NCBI GenBank assembly: GCA_963718515.1
Contig: OY970354.1
Location: 438,808 to 502,807, forward strand
Direction: 5' to 3'
Length of the DNA: 64,000 nucleotides
Origin: an uncultured bacterium
GTDB taxonomy: Bacteria > Patescibacteriota > Minisyncoccia > UBA6257 > 2-01-FULL-56-20
Every line of letters starts with the position of its first letter. Position 1 is the stretch's first letter. The translations under genes and the position numbers were made by a program. The notes below the pieces were generated by a model. It had not been told where the DNA came from. It did not search any database and saw nothing but the letters and a program-made list of their open reading frames with translations. Below, piece by piece: positions 1-10,734 of this stretch.

Positions 1-714
1 GAGGAGCGCGTGGCAAAAAAAGAGCGCGTGCTTGTGACGACGCTTACAAAGCGCATGGCGGAGGATCTGTCTGCATATCTGGAAGAAAAGAAAATAAAAG
101 TGAACTATTTGCACAGCGACGTGAAGACGATGGATCGCATCAAGATCCTGACCGATCTGCGGCGCGGAAAAATAGAAGTGCTCGTCGGCGTGAACCTGCT
201 TCGCGAAGGCCTCGACCTTCCCGAAGTTTCGCTCGTCGCGATTCTCGACGCGGACAAAGAAGGATTTCTTCGTAGCGAAGTTTCTTTGATCCAGACGATC
301 GGCCGCGCCGCGCGCAACGTGGAAGGCGAAGTGCTGATGTATGCGGATAACATCACCGGCTCCATCGAGCGCGCGATCCGCGAGACCGATCGCCGCCGCA
401 AGATCCAGGTTGCTTATAATAAAGAGCACAACATCACGCCGCGCACCGTGGTGCGTAAAATATCCGACATCCTGCCAAATATTGACGAGATATTAAAACT
501 GGAGACCGCGCCGGTGCCGCGTTCAAAGACCGCGCTTCAGCGCCTGATCGCGGAAAAAGAGCGCGATATGCGAGCGGCGGCGAAGGAGCTAAACTTTGAG
601 CTTGCGGGCATATTGCGGGACGAGATTCGCGAGTTGAGCAAGAAGGCGGCGACGGTGGAAGAAGTGATGAAAGGCGCAAAGATTGCAGTAAAAGCGCCGA
701 CGAAAAAGAAGTAA
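1..714 (+). CDS. uvrB: excinuclease ABC subunit B, C-terminal part (5' end lies outside the window)
   Basis: The frame is open from base 1. Translation [20 protein letters not shown]...[31 protein letters not shown]...IGRAARN matches the UvrB helicase C-domain. The C-terminal UVR coiled coil ([15 protein letters not shown]) is present. Confidence 0.95.
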   Translation, partial: EERVAKKERVLVTTLTKRMAEDLSAYLEEKKIKVNYLHSDVKTMDRIKILTDLRRGKIEVLVGVNLLREGLDLPEVSLVAILDADKEGFLRSEVSLIQTIGRAARNVEGEVLMYADNITGSIERAIRETDRRRKIQVAYNKEHNITPRTVVRKISDILPNIDEILKLETAPVPRSKTALQRLIAEKERDMRAAAKELNFELAGILRDEIRELSKKAATVEEVMKGAKIAVKAPTKKK

Positions 715-744
715 CTATTCGGTGGCAGTATCGTTCTACTAAGT

Positions 745-1260
745 ATGCGTCGAACTCGAATGTATCGAGGCCGAAGAGGGTTTGCTCCTGTTGTGCTCGT
801 TTTATTGATAGTCGTCGGCATTGCAGTGCTCGGCGGAGCTTTCTATTATTTCCACAAAGCCTCGCCCACTATGGGTAATCCGCCGGTCGTGGCCACTTCG
901 ACCACGCCGACATCGACGCAGGATGTTGATTCTCTTTCACCCGCGAGCGGTCCCGTGGGCACCACGGTCACCATCCACGGCAGTGGCTTTGCGGCAAGCG
1001 GTAATCAAGTGACATTGAACGGCATGGTTTCGGGATCGCTGAAGGGACTATCTTCTCCCGACGGAAAGACAATCACGTTCGTGGTGCCTTTAAATTTGGG
1101 TCCCAACTGCAGGCCGGACGAGGCCTGCCCGGAATTCCTCCTTCTCGTCAGCGCGGGCTCATATAACGTGAGCGTTATTTCAAACGGCGTCACGCAAAGC
1201 ATTGGCGTCTTCACGGTCACCGGCGGCGGCTTAAGGGCAATGCCACTCCAGTCGCAATAG
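745..1260 (+). CDS. membrane-anchored secreted protein with IPT/TIG-like Ig-fold domain
   Basis: 171 aa ORF with an N-terminal TM helix (FAPVVLVLLIVVGIAVLGGAFYYF) and a Thr/Pro linker. The segment LSPASGPVGTTVTIHGSGF is typical of IPT/TIG repeats. Confidence 0.6.
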   Translation: MRRTRMYRGRRGFAPVVLVLLIVVGIAVLGGAFYYFHKASPTMGNPPVVATSTTPTSTQDVDSLSPASGPVGTTVTIHGSGFAASGNQVTLNGMVSGSLKGLSSPDGKTITFVVPLNLGPNCRPDEACPEFLLLVSAGSYNVSVISNGVTQSIGVFTVTGGGLRAMPLQSQ

Positions 1261-1359
1261 CATTTGACCTCCCTTCCAAAGAAGATTAAAATCTTCTTAC
1301 ATAGACCCCTACAAACCCGAGGACGGGGGATTTTTGTGTATGGGGAGTATTAAAAGATT

Positions 1360-3111
1360 ATGAAATTACTTTTTGACTATATAAAAAAGCATAAGAAGGC
1401 GCTCACGCTGACGCTCGTCTTTGCGGCGGTCAACATCGCGTTTTCGCTCGTTGATCCGCAGGTCTTTCAGTTGATCATCGATAACTACGTGGCAAAGATC
1501 GGCTCGATATCCAACAGCGATTTCCTGCGCGGTGTGGGATTGCTCCTGCTCGTTTCCGTCACCGCGGCGCTCATTTCGCGCACGGCAAAAAACTTCCAGC
1601 AATATTACGAGAACATGGTGGCCCAGCGTGTCGGCACGGAACTCTATGCACATAGCGTCGCGCACTCGTTCTCATTGCCGTACGCGATCTTCGAGGATCA
1701 ACGCTCCGGCGAGCTACTGCAAAAATTGCAGAAGGCTCGGCTCGATGCGCAACAGCTCATCATCAGCTTCGTTGACGTGATCTTCGTTTCGTTGGTTGGT
1801 ATAATACTGGTGCTCATTTATGCGTTCTTCGTCAACTGGATCATCGGACTGCTGTACTTTATGGTCATTCCGATCATGGGCTCGGCATTGTTCTTTTTAG
1901 GAAAAAAGATAAAAGCGATCCAGAAAAATATCGTCATCGAATCGGCGAATCTGGCGGGCTCTACCACCGAGACGATCCGCAACGTCGAACTCGTGAAGAG
2001 CTTGGGGCTTGAGGAACAGGAAACCCAGCGTCTGAATGACGTCAATAATAAAGTGCTGTCGCTCGAGCTTTCCAAGCTGACGCTGATCCGCAAGTTGAGC
2101 TTTACCCAAGGCACGATTGTGAACGCCATGCGTTCGATCATTTTGTTCGTCATGCTCTGGCTGATATTCCTGGGGAAGATCTCGCTTGGAGAGTTCCTCG
2201 CACTGTGGTTCTACTCCTTCTATATCTTCTCGCCGCTCGGTGACATCGGCACGGTCGCGTCGCAATACCAGGAGTCGCGCGGGAGCATGGAGAAGCTTGA
2301 GGAGATCCTCGCCATTCCTTCCGAAGAAAAGCCCGCACATCCGGTTACGGTTGATTCGTTGAAGACGGTCGAGTTCAAAAATGTTGATTTCGGATATCAG
2401 AGCGGCGCGCTTACCGCATTGCAGAACATGAATCTTACGATCAAGAGCGGCGAGACGGTGGCGTTCGCCGGATATTCTGGTTCGGGGAAGACGACCCTGA
2501 TCAAACTGCTCGTCGGATTGTATAAGCCCACCAAGGGCACGATTTTATTGAACGGCGTGAGCGGAGATACTGTCGACTACGATGCCCTGCGCCGGAAGAT
2601 CGGATATGTATCGCAGGACACCCAGCTTTTTGCGGGAACCTTGCGCGAGAACCTTATCTTCGTGAATCCCACAGCGACTGATGACGATTGCTGGAATGCT
2701 CTCCGAAGCGCGTCCGTAGAGGCGATCGCGGAACGCGGCGGCAGCGGTCTTGACACGAAGATCGGCGAAGGCGGCATCAAGATCTCCGGCGGCGAACGCC
2801 AGCGCCTTGCCATTGCGCGTGCCCTGTTGCGCGATCCCGAATTGATCATCTTCGACGAGGCGACGTCAAGCCTGGATTCCATCACGGAAAAATCGATCAC
2901 GGAGACGATCCACCAGATCGCGAAGTCGCGCCCGAATCTTATCACGGTGATGGTCGCGCACCGGCTTTCCACGCTCGCGCGCGCCGATCGCATTTACGTC
3001 ATGCGCAAAGGCAATGTGGTGGAACAGGGGAGCCACGCCCAATTACTTAAGAATCCGGACGGACTCTACTCGGCGCTTTGGAAGGAACAGAGCGGCAATA
3101 GCGAATCATGA
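1360..3111 (+). CDS. ABC exporter, fused transmembrane + ATP-binding protein (MsbA/MdlB type)
   Basis: 583 aa with a six-TM N-terminal half. Motifs are Walker [10 protein letters not shown], signature [14 protein letters not shown] and Walker [13 protein letters not shown]. Confidence 0.9.
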   Translation: MKLLFDYIKKHKKALTLTLVFAAVNIAFSLVDPQVFQLIIDNYVAKIGSISNSDFLRGVGLLLLVSVTAALISRTAKNFQQYYENMVAQRVGTELYAHSVAHSFSLPYAIFEDQRSGELLQKLQKARLDAQQLIISFVDVIFVSLVGIILVLIYAFFVNWIIGLLYFMVIPIMGSALFFLGKKIKAIQKNIVIESANLAGSTTETIRNVELVKSLGLEEQETQRLNDVNNKVLSLELSKLTLIRKLSFTQGTIVNAMRSIILFVMLWLIFLGKISLGEFLALWFYSFYIFSPLGDIGTVASQYQESRGSMEKLEEILAIPSEEKPAHPVTVDSLKTVEFKNVDFGYQSGALTALQNMNLTIKSGETVAFAGYSGSGKTTLIKLLVGLYKPTKGTILLNGVSGDTVDYDALRRKIGYVSQDTQLFAGTLRENLIFVNPTATDDDCWNALRSASVEAIAERGGSGLDTKIGEGGIKISGGERQRLAIARALLRDPELIIFDEATSSLDSITEKSITETIHQIAKSRPNLITVMVAHRLSTLARADRIYVMRKGNVVEQGSHAQLLKNPDGLYSALWKEQSGNSES

Positions 3112-5634
3112 AACACGACAAAATCATCATTAAAGGCGCGCGCGAGCACAATCTTAAGAACATCAATCTTGAGATCCCACGGGATAAAATGGTCGTCTTC
3201 ACCGGGCTTTCCGGGTAGCGGCAAATCATCGCTTGCGTTCGACACGATCTTTGCCGAAGGCCAGCGGCGCTACATCGAATCACTTTCCGCGTATGCACGG
3301 CAGTTTTTGGGACGGCTCGATAAGCCGGATGTGGATGACATCGAAGGGCTTTCGCCCGCCATCTCGATCGACCAGAAGTCCCATTCGGGCAATCCGCGTT
3401 CGACGGTCGCGACGATCACGGAAATTTACGATTATCTTCGCGTGCTCTTTGCGCGCGCGGGAAAGCCATATTGTCCGACGTGCGGCCGCGAGATAAAGAA
3501 ATTGACGAACGAGGAGATCGTGGACGTGGCGATCGATATTTCGAACGAGAATAAAGATAAAAAGAATTTTGTGATCTTGCGCCGGTGGTGCGCGGCACGA
3601 AAAGGCGAATATTACCAGATGCTGTACGATTTTTTGAACGCCGGATTTTCCGAAGTGCGCATCGACGGCAAATATCATTCGCTCCGCGACCGCGTGGAGC
3701 TTTCGCCGTTACAAAACGCATGACATCGATCTCGTCGTTGACCGCCTGCCGTCCGGCATGAATTTTAAAGAAAAAGATAATCGCTTGCGCTTGTCGGAAG
3801 CGATCGAGTCGGGCTTAAAATATGGCAATGCCGTAGTGACGCTCATCACCGACAAGGAAATTTCGCTTTCGGCAAAGTTCACGTGCCCGCACGACGGCTT
3901 CTCGTTTCCGGAGATCGAGCCGCGCTTGTTCTCTTTCAATAGTCCGTACGGCGCGTGTCCGGAGTGCCACGGCCTGGGCACAAAAGATCTGTGGTCCGAA
4001 GAGATATGTCCGGTGTGCGATGGGCAAGCGCTTCGCGCGGAGAGCTTGAATGTCTTGATCGATGATAAGAATATAAATACCGTCACGGCGCTATCAATCG
4101 AAGATGCACACGCGTTTTTCTCGGGATTGAAGTTCAAAGTTTCATCGCTGGACGAGGTGGCAGAAGCGCCGCTTGCGCGAGATCAAAAACCGCTTAAAAT
4201 TCATGATGGACGTCGGTTTGGAATATCTGACACTCGACCGCAAAGCAGGAACGCTTTCCGGCGGCGAGGCGCCAGCGCATCCGCTTGGCATCGCAGATCG
4301 GCTCACGCCTGGTGGGCACGCTCTATATATTGGACGAGCCGACGATCGGCCTGCATCAGCGCGACAATGCGAAGCTCATCAAGACGCTTGCAGGATCTGC
4401 GCGACCTCGGCAATACGATCATACTCGTGGAGCATGACGAGGACACCATCCGCGCGTCGGATTATCTGGTGGATATTGGCCCGGGCGCTGGCGTGCATGG
4501 TGGCAAAGTCGTGGCGGAGGGTCCGATCCCAGCGATATTAAAAGATCCGAAGCAGAATTCGCTCACCCTGCAATATTTGCGCGGCAAGAAATTTATCGAA
4601 GTTCCGGAAGTGCGGCGAAAGGTGGACGATAAACAGGAACATCTCAAAGTTGCGCGGCGTACACGCGAACAATCTAAAAAATATCGATGTGGATATTCCG
4701 TTGCGGCGCTTCACCGCGGTGACCGGCGTTTCCGGCAGTGGCAAATCAGAGCTTGGTGTATGACGTGCTGTACAAAGCGGTTGCGGACAAGCTGAATCAC
4801 GCGAGCTTCAAAGCGGGCGGTTATAAATCCATCATGGGCTTGGAATATATCAACCGCATCATCAATATCGACCAGGCGGCGATCGGCCGCACGCCGCGCT
4901 CGAATCCAGCAACGTACGTCGGCGCATGGACGCACATCCGCGATCTCTTTGCCTCCACGGAAGACGCGCGCGTGCGCGGTTACAAGCCGGGCCGCTTCAG
5001 CTTCAACGTCCCGGGCGGCCGGTGCGAGAACTGCGAAGGCCACGGCACGATCGCCATCGAGATGCACTTCTTGCCGACGGTGTACGTGACGTGCGATGTG
5101 TGCAAAGGAAAGCGCTTCGACCGCGAGACACTCGCCGTGGAATACAAAGGAAAGAATATTTACGACGTTCTCCAAATGACGATCGAAGAAGCCGTGAAAT
5201 TCTTTGAGGACATTCCGTGGCTGATGGACAAACTCACTATATTAGAAGAGGTTGGTTTGGGATATTTGGAACTCGGCCAGTCGGCGACGACGCTCTCCGG
5301 TGGTGAAGCCCAGCGCATCAAGCTTTCCGCCGAGCTCGGCAAGCGCGATACGCGCCGCACATTGTATCTGCTCGACGAGCCGACGACCGGCCTGCACTTC
5401 GCCGACGTCGACCAACTGCTCAAAGTTCTCCAGCGTCTCGTTGATAGAGGAAACACGATCGTCGTCATCGAGCACAATCTCGACGTCATCAAGTGTGCCG
5501 ACTGGGTGATCGACCTCGGCCCCGAAGGCGGTGCCCGCGGCGGCAAGATCATGGCGACTGGCACGCCGGAAGAGATCGTGCGCAAGGAAGGGCAGTGTGA
5601 CGGGGGAATATTTACGACCGTTGCTGGAGAAGTG
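3108..5634 (+). pseudogene. uvrA: excinuclease ABC subunit A, colinear but broken by >=10 frameshifts
   Basis: It starts [36 protein letters not shown] and then hits TAG at 3216-3218, after an extra G in the GGG run at 3213-3215. The sequence continues in other frames: [28 protein letters not shown] zinc module, [63 protein letters not shown] and [15 protein letters not shown]. The true C-terminus [13 protein letters not shown] ends at the stop 5632-5634. Confidence 0.9.
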
Positions 5635-5648
5635 ATATAATAGAACAT

Positions 5649-5924
5649 ATGAAGATCGTCGATCACAAAATCTATCACGATGGGCAAAAAATGGGCTGGA
5701 TCGATGGCGAGCATGTCCGCGATATATCCAACGCCAAGATCGGGTATTTCCAGAATAACTTTATTTTTAACGAGGCGGGCCACAAGGTCGCCTATATTCA
5801 CGAGAATGAATTGGTGTTTGAGAATGGCAGTTCGCCGATCCCGCTTGAGCGTGTCAATGCCGAGATAGAGGGGACAGACCCCTTGCTCACAAAATGCGCC
5901 GTGCATGTGTTGATGGAGGGTTAA
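5649..5924 (+). CDS. small hypothetical protein with internal G-x-K-(I/V)-G-(W/Y) repeats
   Basis: 91 aa ORF immediately after uvrA. It carries a repeated motif (GQKMGWIDG / NAKIGYFQN / GHKVAYIHE). No confident family assignment. Confidence 0.5.
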   Translation: MKIVDHKIYHDGQKMGWIDGEHVRDISNAKIGYFQNNFIFNEAGHKVAYIHENELVFENGSSPIPLERVNAEIEGTDPLLTKCAVHVLMEG

Positions 5925-5941
5925 CCCATCGATCGCATTAC

Positions 5942-5971
5942 TTGACAGAGTATAGTAGTTACTATTATAAT
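5942..5971 (+). promoter_or_regulatory. sigma70-like promoter (TTGACA-18-TATAAT)
   Basis: TTGACA at 5942-5947 and TATAAT at 5966-5971. Confidence 0.5.
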
Positions 5972-5977
5972 CGTCTC

Positions 5978-6054
5978 AACTTCCTTGTTCCTTGGGGTGG
6001 AGCGGGGGAGGACCTCCGTGGTTGGCGAAAGCTGGCCGCGGAGATTTTATTTTT
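5978..6054 (+). ncRNA. candidate ~75 nt small RNA (promoter-to-terminator unit), unclassified
   Basis: It follows the promoter at 5942-5971. It ends in a 13 bp hairpin CTCCGTGGTTGGC-GAAA-GCTGGCCGCGGAG (6014-6043) followed by the TTTTATTTTT run. No ORF or start codon with an RBS is present. uvrC starts only at 6092. Confidence 0.35.
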
Positions 6055-6091
6055 GGCATATACTATTAATGATTAAAATTCGATTAAACCC

Positions 6092-7348
6092 ATGATCGCC
6101 ACTAAATCATACAAAACCCTTCCCGAAATGCCGGGTGTCTACATTATGAAAGACGCCGCCGGGCGTGTTTTGTATGTGGGCAAGGCGGGCAATCTGCGCC
6201 GCCGCGTGTCGAGCTATTTCGAGCGGCCGCATGACGTGCGCATTCAGACGCTTGTCGGCAAGATCAGCACGATCGATTTTGAAGAGAAAGATACCGCGCT
6301 CGAGGCGCTCATCCGCGAGGCGGAGCTGATTAAGACGATCACGCCACCGTTCAATGTGCGCGAAAAGGATGACAAGAGCTTTCTTTATTTCGAGATCACG
6401 CGAGAGAAGTATCCGCGCGTGTTGCTTGTGCGTGGAACTGGTGTGGCGGGCGGCGCCGTTGCGCAGGGCAAGCGCTTCGGTCCATTTACCTCGGCATCGA
6501 GCGCGCGCGAGGCCCTGCGGATATTGCGAAAGATATTTCCGTGGAGCACGCACGATGCGGAAGAGATCGGGACCCTCAAACGTCCCTGCTTCAATTACGA
6601 GATCGGACTGTGTCCGGGTACGTGCGTGGGCGCGGTCACGCACGAGGATTACATAAAAAATATCGACCGGCTTAACTTATTTTTTGAGGGAAAAAAGAAA
6701 AGCGTCATTCGCGCGCTTGAAAAAGATATGAAGGCGGCGAGCAAGGCGCAGGAATTCGAGAAAGCGGAAAAGCTCCGGCGTCAGATGTTTGCGCTTCAGC
6801 ACATCCGCGATACTGCGCTCATTTCTGACAACGAAGTGTTAATGAATGGCGTAGCGGTATTAAAATCCGGCCACCGCATCGAAGGATATGATATCTCGAA
6901 TATTTCTGGCACATCAGCGGTCGGTTCCATGGTGGTATTCGAGGATGGCGAGCCGAACAAGAATGAGTATCGTAAATTCAAGATCAAAAGTATTTTCCAG
7001 CCGAACGATGTCGGTATGTTGAAAGAAGTGCTCGAGCGGCGCTTTGCGCATTCGTTAGCGACCGAGCGCGGTGTGGTATCAATAAAAGACCGTTGGCCCA
7101 TGCCCGATCTTATATTGATAGACGGCGGCCTTGCGCAAGTGAACACGGCGCGGCGCGTTCTTCTCCGCGCGGGGCTTAAAATTCCCATCGTTGGTATCGC
7201 AAAAGGGCCAAAGCGCGACCGCAACGACATCATCGGGCTTATTCCAAAAGGGGTCCAAAAAGAGACGCTGATAAAAGTGCGCAACGAGGCCCACCGGTTC
7301 GCGATCAAATATCACAAAACACTCCGTGGTATTCGGTCACTCCACTAA
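6092..7348 (+). CDS. uvrC: excinuclease ABC subunit C (short form, no C-terminal HhH2 domain)
   Basis: 418 aa with a GIY-YIG domain (GVYIMKDAAGRVLYVGKAGNLRRRVSSYF) and a UVR motif (EFEKAEKLRRQMFALQHI). The RNase H-like endonuclease domain is present (IEGYDISNISG...LILIDGGLAQV...VRNEAHRFAIKYH). Confidence 0.9.
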   Translation: MIATKSYKTLPEMPGVYIMKDAAGRVLYVGKAGNLRRRVSSYFERPHDVRIQTLVGKISTIDFEEKDTALEALIREAELIKTITPPFNVREKDDKSFLYFEITREKYPRVLLVRGTGVAGGAVAQGKRFGPFTSASSAREALRILRKIFPWSTHDAEEIGTLKRPCFNYEIGLCPGTCVGAVTHEDYIKNIDRLNLFFEGKKKSVIRALEKDMKAASKAQEFEKAEKLRRQMFALQHIRDTALISDNEVLMNGVAVLKSGHRIEGYDISNISGTSAVGSMVVFEDGEPNKNEYRKFKIKSIFQPNDVGMLKEVLERRFAHSLATERGVVSIKDRWPMPDLILIDGGLAQVNTARRVLLRAGLKIPIVGIAKGPKRDRNDIIGLIPKGVQKETLIKVRNEAHRFAIKYHKTLRGIRSLH

Positions 7349-7947
7349 TTAATGATGGTGATCGGACCACTTACGAGATCTCCAAGGCCGTTCCCGTCAA
7401 AATGGATACGGATCGAATACGTGCCGGGCACGACATCTTTTTGGTCCGCGCCATATCGTGAGAGGTAGATCGACCGGGCATCCCAGCTGTACGACGTTTG
7501 TTTCGGGCCGGTTTCCGAGAGGATGACGCCGATGAAGGCCTTTGTCGTCGCGTTGACCAGCTCTATCTCACCCGTGATATTAGCCGGGTTGTCCCACGCG
7601 ATCGGGTTCGGCTGGCCGATCGTCCAAACATTGTTCGCGATGGGCGTCATGAGATCGATCGTGATACTCGGCCCGGGAAGTGCCGGGATCGAGCCACCGC
7701 CGCGCGAGCCGGATGATTTTTGTGGCGTCGTTGGTGCCGGAGATGTGGTTATATCCACATTCGTCACCGTGGTGACGGTCGTCGTTGTATCCGAAGCTTC
7801 GGTGCTGGTTTGTGCTATGTTATTTTGCGCCGACGGCACCCCGGTCGCACCCTGCCCGTGAAAAAAAACAATAGCGAGGGTTACCCCCGCAACGACGATG
7901 ACCGCGCCAATAGCGATCGCGACCCATCGCGCCTTCAATATATCCAT
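7345..7947 (-). CDS. secreted/membrane-anchored hypothetical protein with Thr-rich linker
   Basis: The start was moved to ATG 7945-7947 (MDILKARWVAIAIGAVIVVAGVTLAIVFF). That ATG lies 6 nt downstream of an extended -10 (TGGTATAAT, plus-strand 7954-7962). The protein has a signal anchor, a T-rich linker and a beta-rich C-terminal domain. Confidence 0.6.
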   Translation of the reverse strand: MDILKARWVAIAIGAVIVVAGVTLAIVFFHGQGATGVPSAQNNIAQTSTEASDTTTTVTTVTNVDITTSPAPTTPQKSSGSRGGGSIPALPGPSITIDLMTPIANNVWTIGQPNPIAWDNPANITGEIELVNATTKAFIGVILSETGPKQTSYSWDARSIYLSRYGADQKDVVPGTYSIRIHFDGNGLGDLVSGPITIIN

Positions 7948-7995
7948 CGTTCGATTATACCAAAAACGAGTGCGCGATGGTATCATTAAAAAACA

Positions 7996-9661
7996 ATGAT
8001 CGCCGACGAGATAAAAGAATTTTTCCACGGGGATGTTGCCGTGGACGATGCGACGCTCACGAATTACAGCCGCGACTATTCTATTTTCAAGGTGCGACCG
8101 CAGGTGGTGGTTTTTCCAAAGGACGTTGATGATATAAAGAATCTGGTAAAGTTCGTGTCACGAAAAAAAGCGGCAGGTGAGGATATTTCTATCACCGGCC
8201 GCTCGGCGGGAACGGATATGACCGGTGGCCCGCTCAGCCAAAGCATCATCATTTCATTCACAAAATATTTTAACCATATCATAGAGATCGGCGCCGATGA
8301 GGCCAAGGTGGAACCCGGCGTCTATTTCCGCGATTTTGAAAAAGAGCTGACCGCGCGCGGGCTGTTGTACCCGCCGTATCCTGCATCAAAAGATCTGTGC
8401 GCGCTCGGCGGCATGGTCAACAATAATTCCGGCGGCGAGAAGACGCTTGCGTACGGCAAAACCGAGGATTATGTGGAGGCGGTGAATATCGTTATGAGCG
8501 ATGGCGAAGAGCATACGCTGTGGCCGCTTTCGGGCGATGCGCTTGCGGCAAAGCTTGAGAGAGCAAAGTTTTGAAGGCGAGCTCTATCGCAATCTGCATA
8601 CATTGATAGAAGATAATTATGACGTCATCAAGGCGGCCAAGCCCGACGTTTCAAAAAATTCCGCCGGTTATTATTTGTGGAACGTATGGGATCGGCAAAC
8701 CGGTGTGTTCGATATCACGAAGATCATCGTCGGCTCGCAGGGAACGCTTGGCATGCTCACCGAAGCGAAGCTCAGGCTTGTGCCGCTCAAAAAACATTCG
8801 CGCTTGTGCGTCGTTTTCTTGAAAGACCTTGGCCCGGTCGGCCGACTTGTGGAGGCGGTTCTGCCGTTCCATCCGGAAAGCATCGAATCATATGACGACA
8901 AGACCATGCAAGTTCGCGGTCAAGCTGTGGCGTCAGGTGATCGGCTCCATGAAGGGGAATATTATCACGCTTGGCTTCCAATTTTTGCCGGAGGCGTGGA
9001 TGGTGCTCCGCGGCGGCATGCCAAAGATGATCATGCTTGTGGAATTGACGGGTGATGATGAGACAGGCATTGGACGCGAAGCTCGGGACGCTAACCGTCG
9101 CCATCGAAAAATTTGCAACGACCCATGCGGGCATCCAGGTGCATCCGGTGCGGACGGAAAAAGAAGAGGAGAAATACTGGACGATCCGCCGCGAAAGTTT
9201 TGCATTATTGCACAACAACACAACCGGCAAGGATACCGCGCCGTTCATCGACGACTTCATCGTCAAGCCGGAATATATGCCGGAGGTTTTGCCGAAGGTG
9301 AACGCCATTTTGGATAAATATAAAAAAGACCTCATCTATACGATCGCCGGCCATCCGGGCAATGGCAATTTCCATATCATTCCGCTTATGGATCTCAAAG
9401 ACCCGCGTGTCCGTGCGCTCATCCCGAAGATCAGTGAGGAAGTATATCAGCTCATATTCCAATATAAGGGCTCGATCACTGCCGAACATAATGATGGCAT
9501 CGATCCGCACGCCATATCTTGAGGAAATGTACGGGCCCAAAATAGAGGAGCTATTTGTCGCGGTAAAGCATATCTTTGACCCGTTGAATATCTTCAATCC
9601 CGGCAAAAAAGTGGGTGGCAGCTTGCAATACAGCGAGGATCATATCGAATCAACTCAGTAA
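7996..9661 (+). pseudogene. FAD-linked oxidase (GlcD / D-lactate dehydrogenase family), >=4 frameshifts
   Basis: Fragments 7996-8574, 8501-9055, 8829-9317, 9052-9522 and 9362-9661 read colinearly. They cover FAD_binding_4 (ITGRSAGTDMTGGPL, ALGGMVNNNSGGEKT) and the FAD-oxidase C domain (GHPGNGNFHIIPL, GSITAEHNDG, IFDPLNIFNPGK). Confidence 0.8.
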
Positions 9662-9677
9662 GTAATAGCCATATAGC

Positions 9678-9739
9678 AAAAAAGATCCCTCCTTACGCCG
9701 AATTATTCTTATCACGAGGCGTAAGGAGGGATCTTTTTT
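9678..9739. terminator. bidirectional rho-independent terminator (22 bp perfect inverted repeat)
   Basis: AAAAAAGATCCCTCCTTACGCC (9678-9699), an 18 nt loop, then GGCGTAAGGAGGGATCTTTTTT (9718-9739). Confidence 0.75.
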
Positions 9740-9784
9740 GCTATCCATAGCTTTTCTTTATGTTGGCTCTGGTATCCTCACCCT

Positions 9785-10708
9785 ATGAAAAGGTATGCGC
9801 GGACCATTTCCTATTTTCTGTCCCTTGTCGCCGTTGCGGCCATCTTTTTCAGCGTAGAATTCATCACGGAGAAATTCCTCTATCCTAATGATGAAGTGGT
9901 CGATATTATTGCAGCGATAGTCGGCGCACTCTCCTTCGCGGAATGCCGGCGGTTCTTTGACCGCGTGACCGACAGGATCTTCTTCCGCGGCGAGCGTGAT
10001 GTCCATGCCGAGTTCATTGCAAACATTTCCCATGAGCTACAAACACCGATCGCTATCTTGCGTGGCAACGTTGAGGTACTGCAAAGAAGAAGCACGACGG
10101 ATGCGGAGCGCGCGTCGGCCGAGCGGGTGATCGTGGGCACTCTCGACGGCATGTCGCACCTCATTGGTAATGTGCTCGAAAGCGCCAAACTGACATTTTC
10201 CAAGAAAGTTGCGCACGAGGAATATGTCGGCGTGGGAACCTTGCTGTGGGAGACTCGGGAGGATTGTTATCTTCTTGCGGAAGCAAAGGAGGTCAAATTG
10301 TTGGTTGAGGCGGAAGAATTTCTTTTTGTGCGCCTTGACCGCGATGCGTTGAAAGAAGTGATACTGAATCTTATCAGCAATGCGCTCAAACACACTCCGC
10401 CCGGCGGATCGATCGTGCTTATGGCTGAGCAGATCGGGAGTGCCGCACGCATTGTCGTCGCGGATTCGGGCTGCGGGATAGCGCCAGAAGTTCTGCCGCA
10501 CATCTTTGAACGGTTCTATAGGATCCGGAACGGCGCAGTCGTTTTTCGGGAGAATGGCACGCCGCCGCCCTTCAAGGTGCCCTCCACTGGCATCGGCCTC
10601 AATATTTGCCGACAGATCATTGAGGCGCACGACGGGAAGATCCTGGCCGAAAGCGAGCGGGGGAAGGGAAGCCGCTTTATCATCGAATTGCCGCTTGCGC
10701 CCTCGTAG
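9785..10708 (+). CDS. sensor histidine kinase (HisKA + HATPase_c), no adjacent response regulator
   Basis: 307 aa with N-terminal TM helices, H-box FIANISHELQTPI, N-box LISNALKHTP and G-boxes DSGCGI / GIGLNICRQIIEAHDG. Confidence 0.85.
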   Translation: MKRYARTISYFLSLVAVAAIFFSVEFITEKFLYPNDEVVDIIAAIVGALSFAECRRFFDRVTDRIFFRGERDVHAEFIANISHELQTPIAILRGNVEVLQRRSTTDAERASAERVIVGTLDGMSHLIGNVLESAKLTFSKKVAHEEYVGVGTLLWETREDCYLLAEAKEVKLLVEAEEFLFVRLDRDALKEVILNLISNALKHTPPGGSIVLMAEQIGSAARIVVADSGCGIAPEVLPHIFERFYRIRNGAVVFRENGTPPPFKVPSTGIGLNICRQIIEAHDGKILAESERGKGSRFIIELPLAPS

Positions 10709-10734
10709 GCATCCGCGTTTGCTATAATTAACTC

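Noticed and set aside
105-401. Many long antisense ORFs overlap recognised genes, for example 105-401(-), 15628-16353(-), 19639-20235(-), 22656-23441(+), 51482-52429(+) and 55668-56600(-).
   Set aside because: They lie opposite genes with clear homology, are Arg/Pro/His-rich with no RBS, and are typical shadow ORFs of GC-rich coding sequence.
5978-6054. SRP (4.5S) RNA identity for the small hairpin RNA candidate.
   Set aside because: The GAAA-capped hairpin lacks the conserved asymmetric/symmetric loop sequences (AGCA opposite GGUCA-type) of SRP domain IV.
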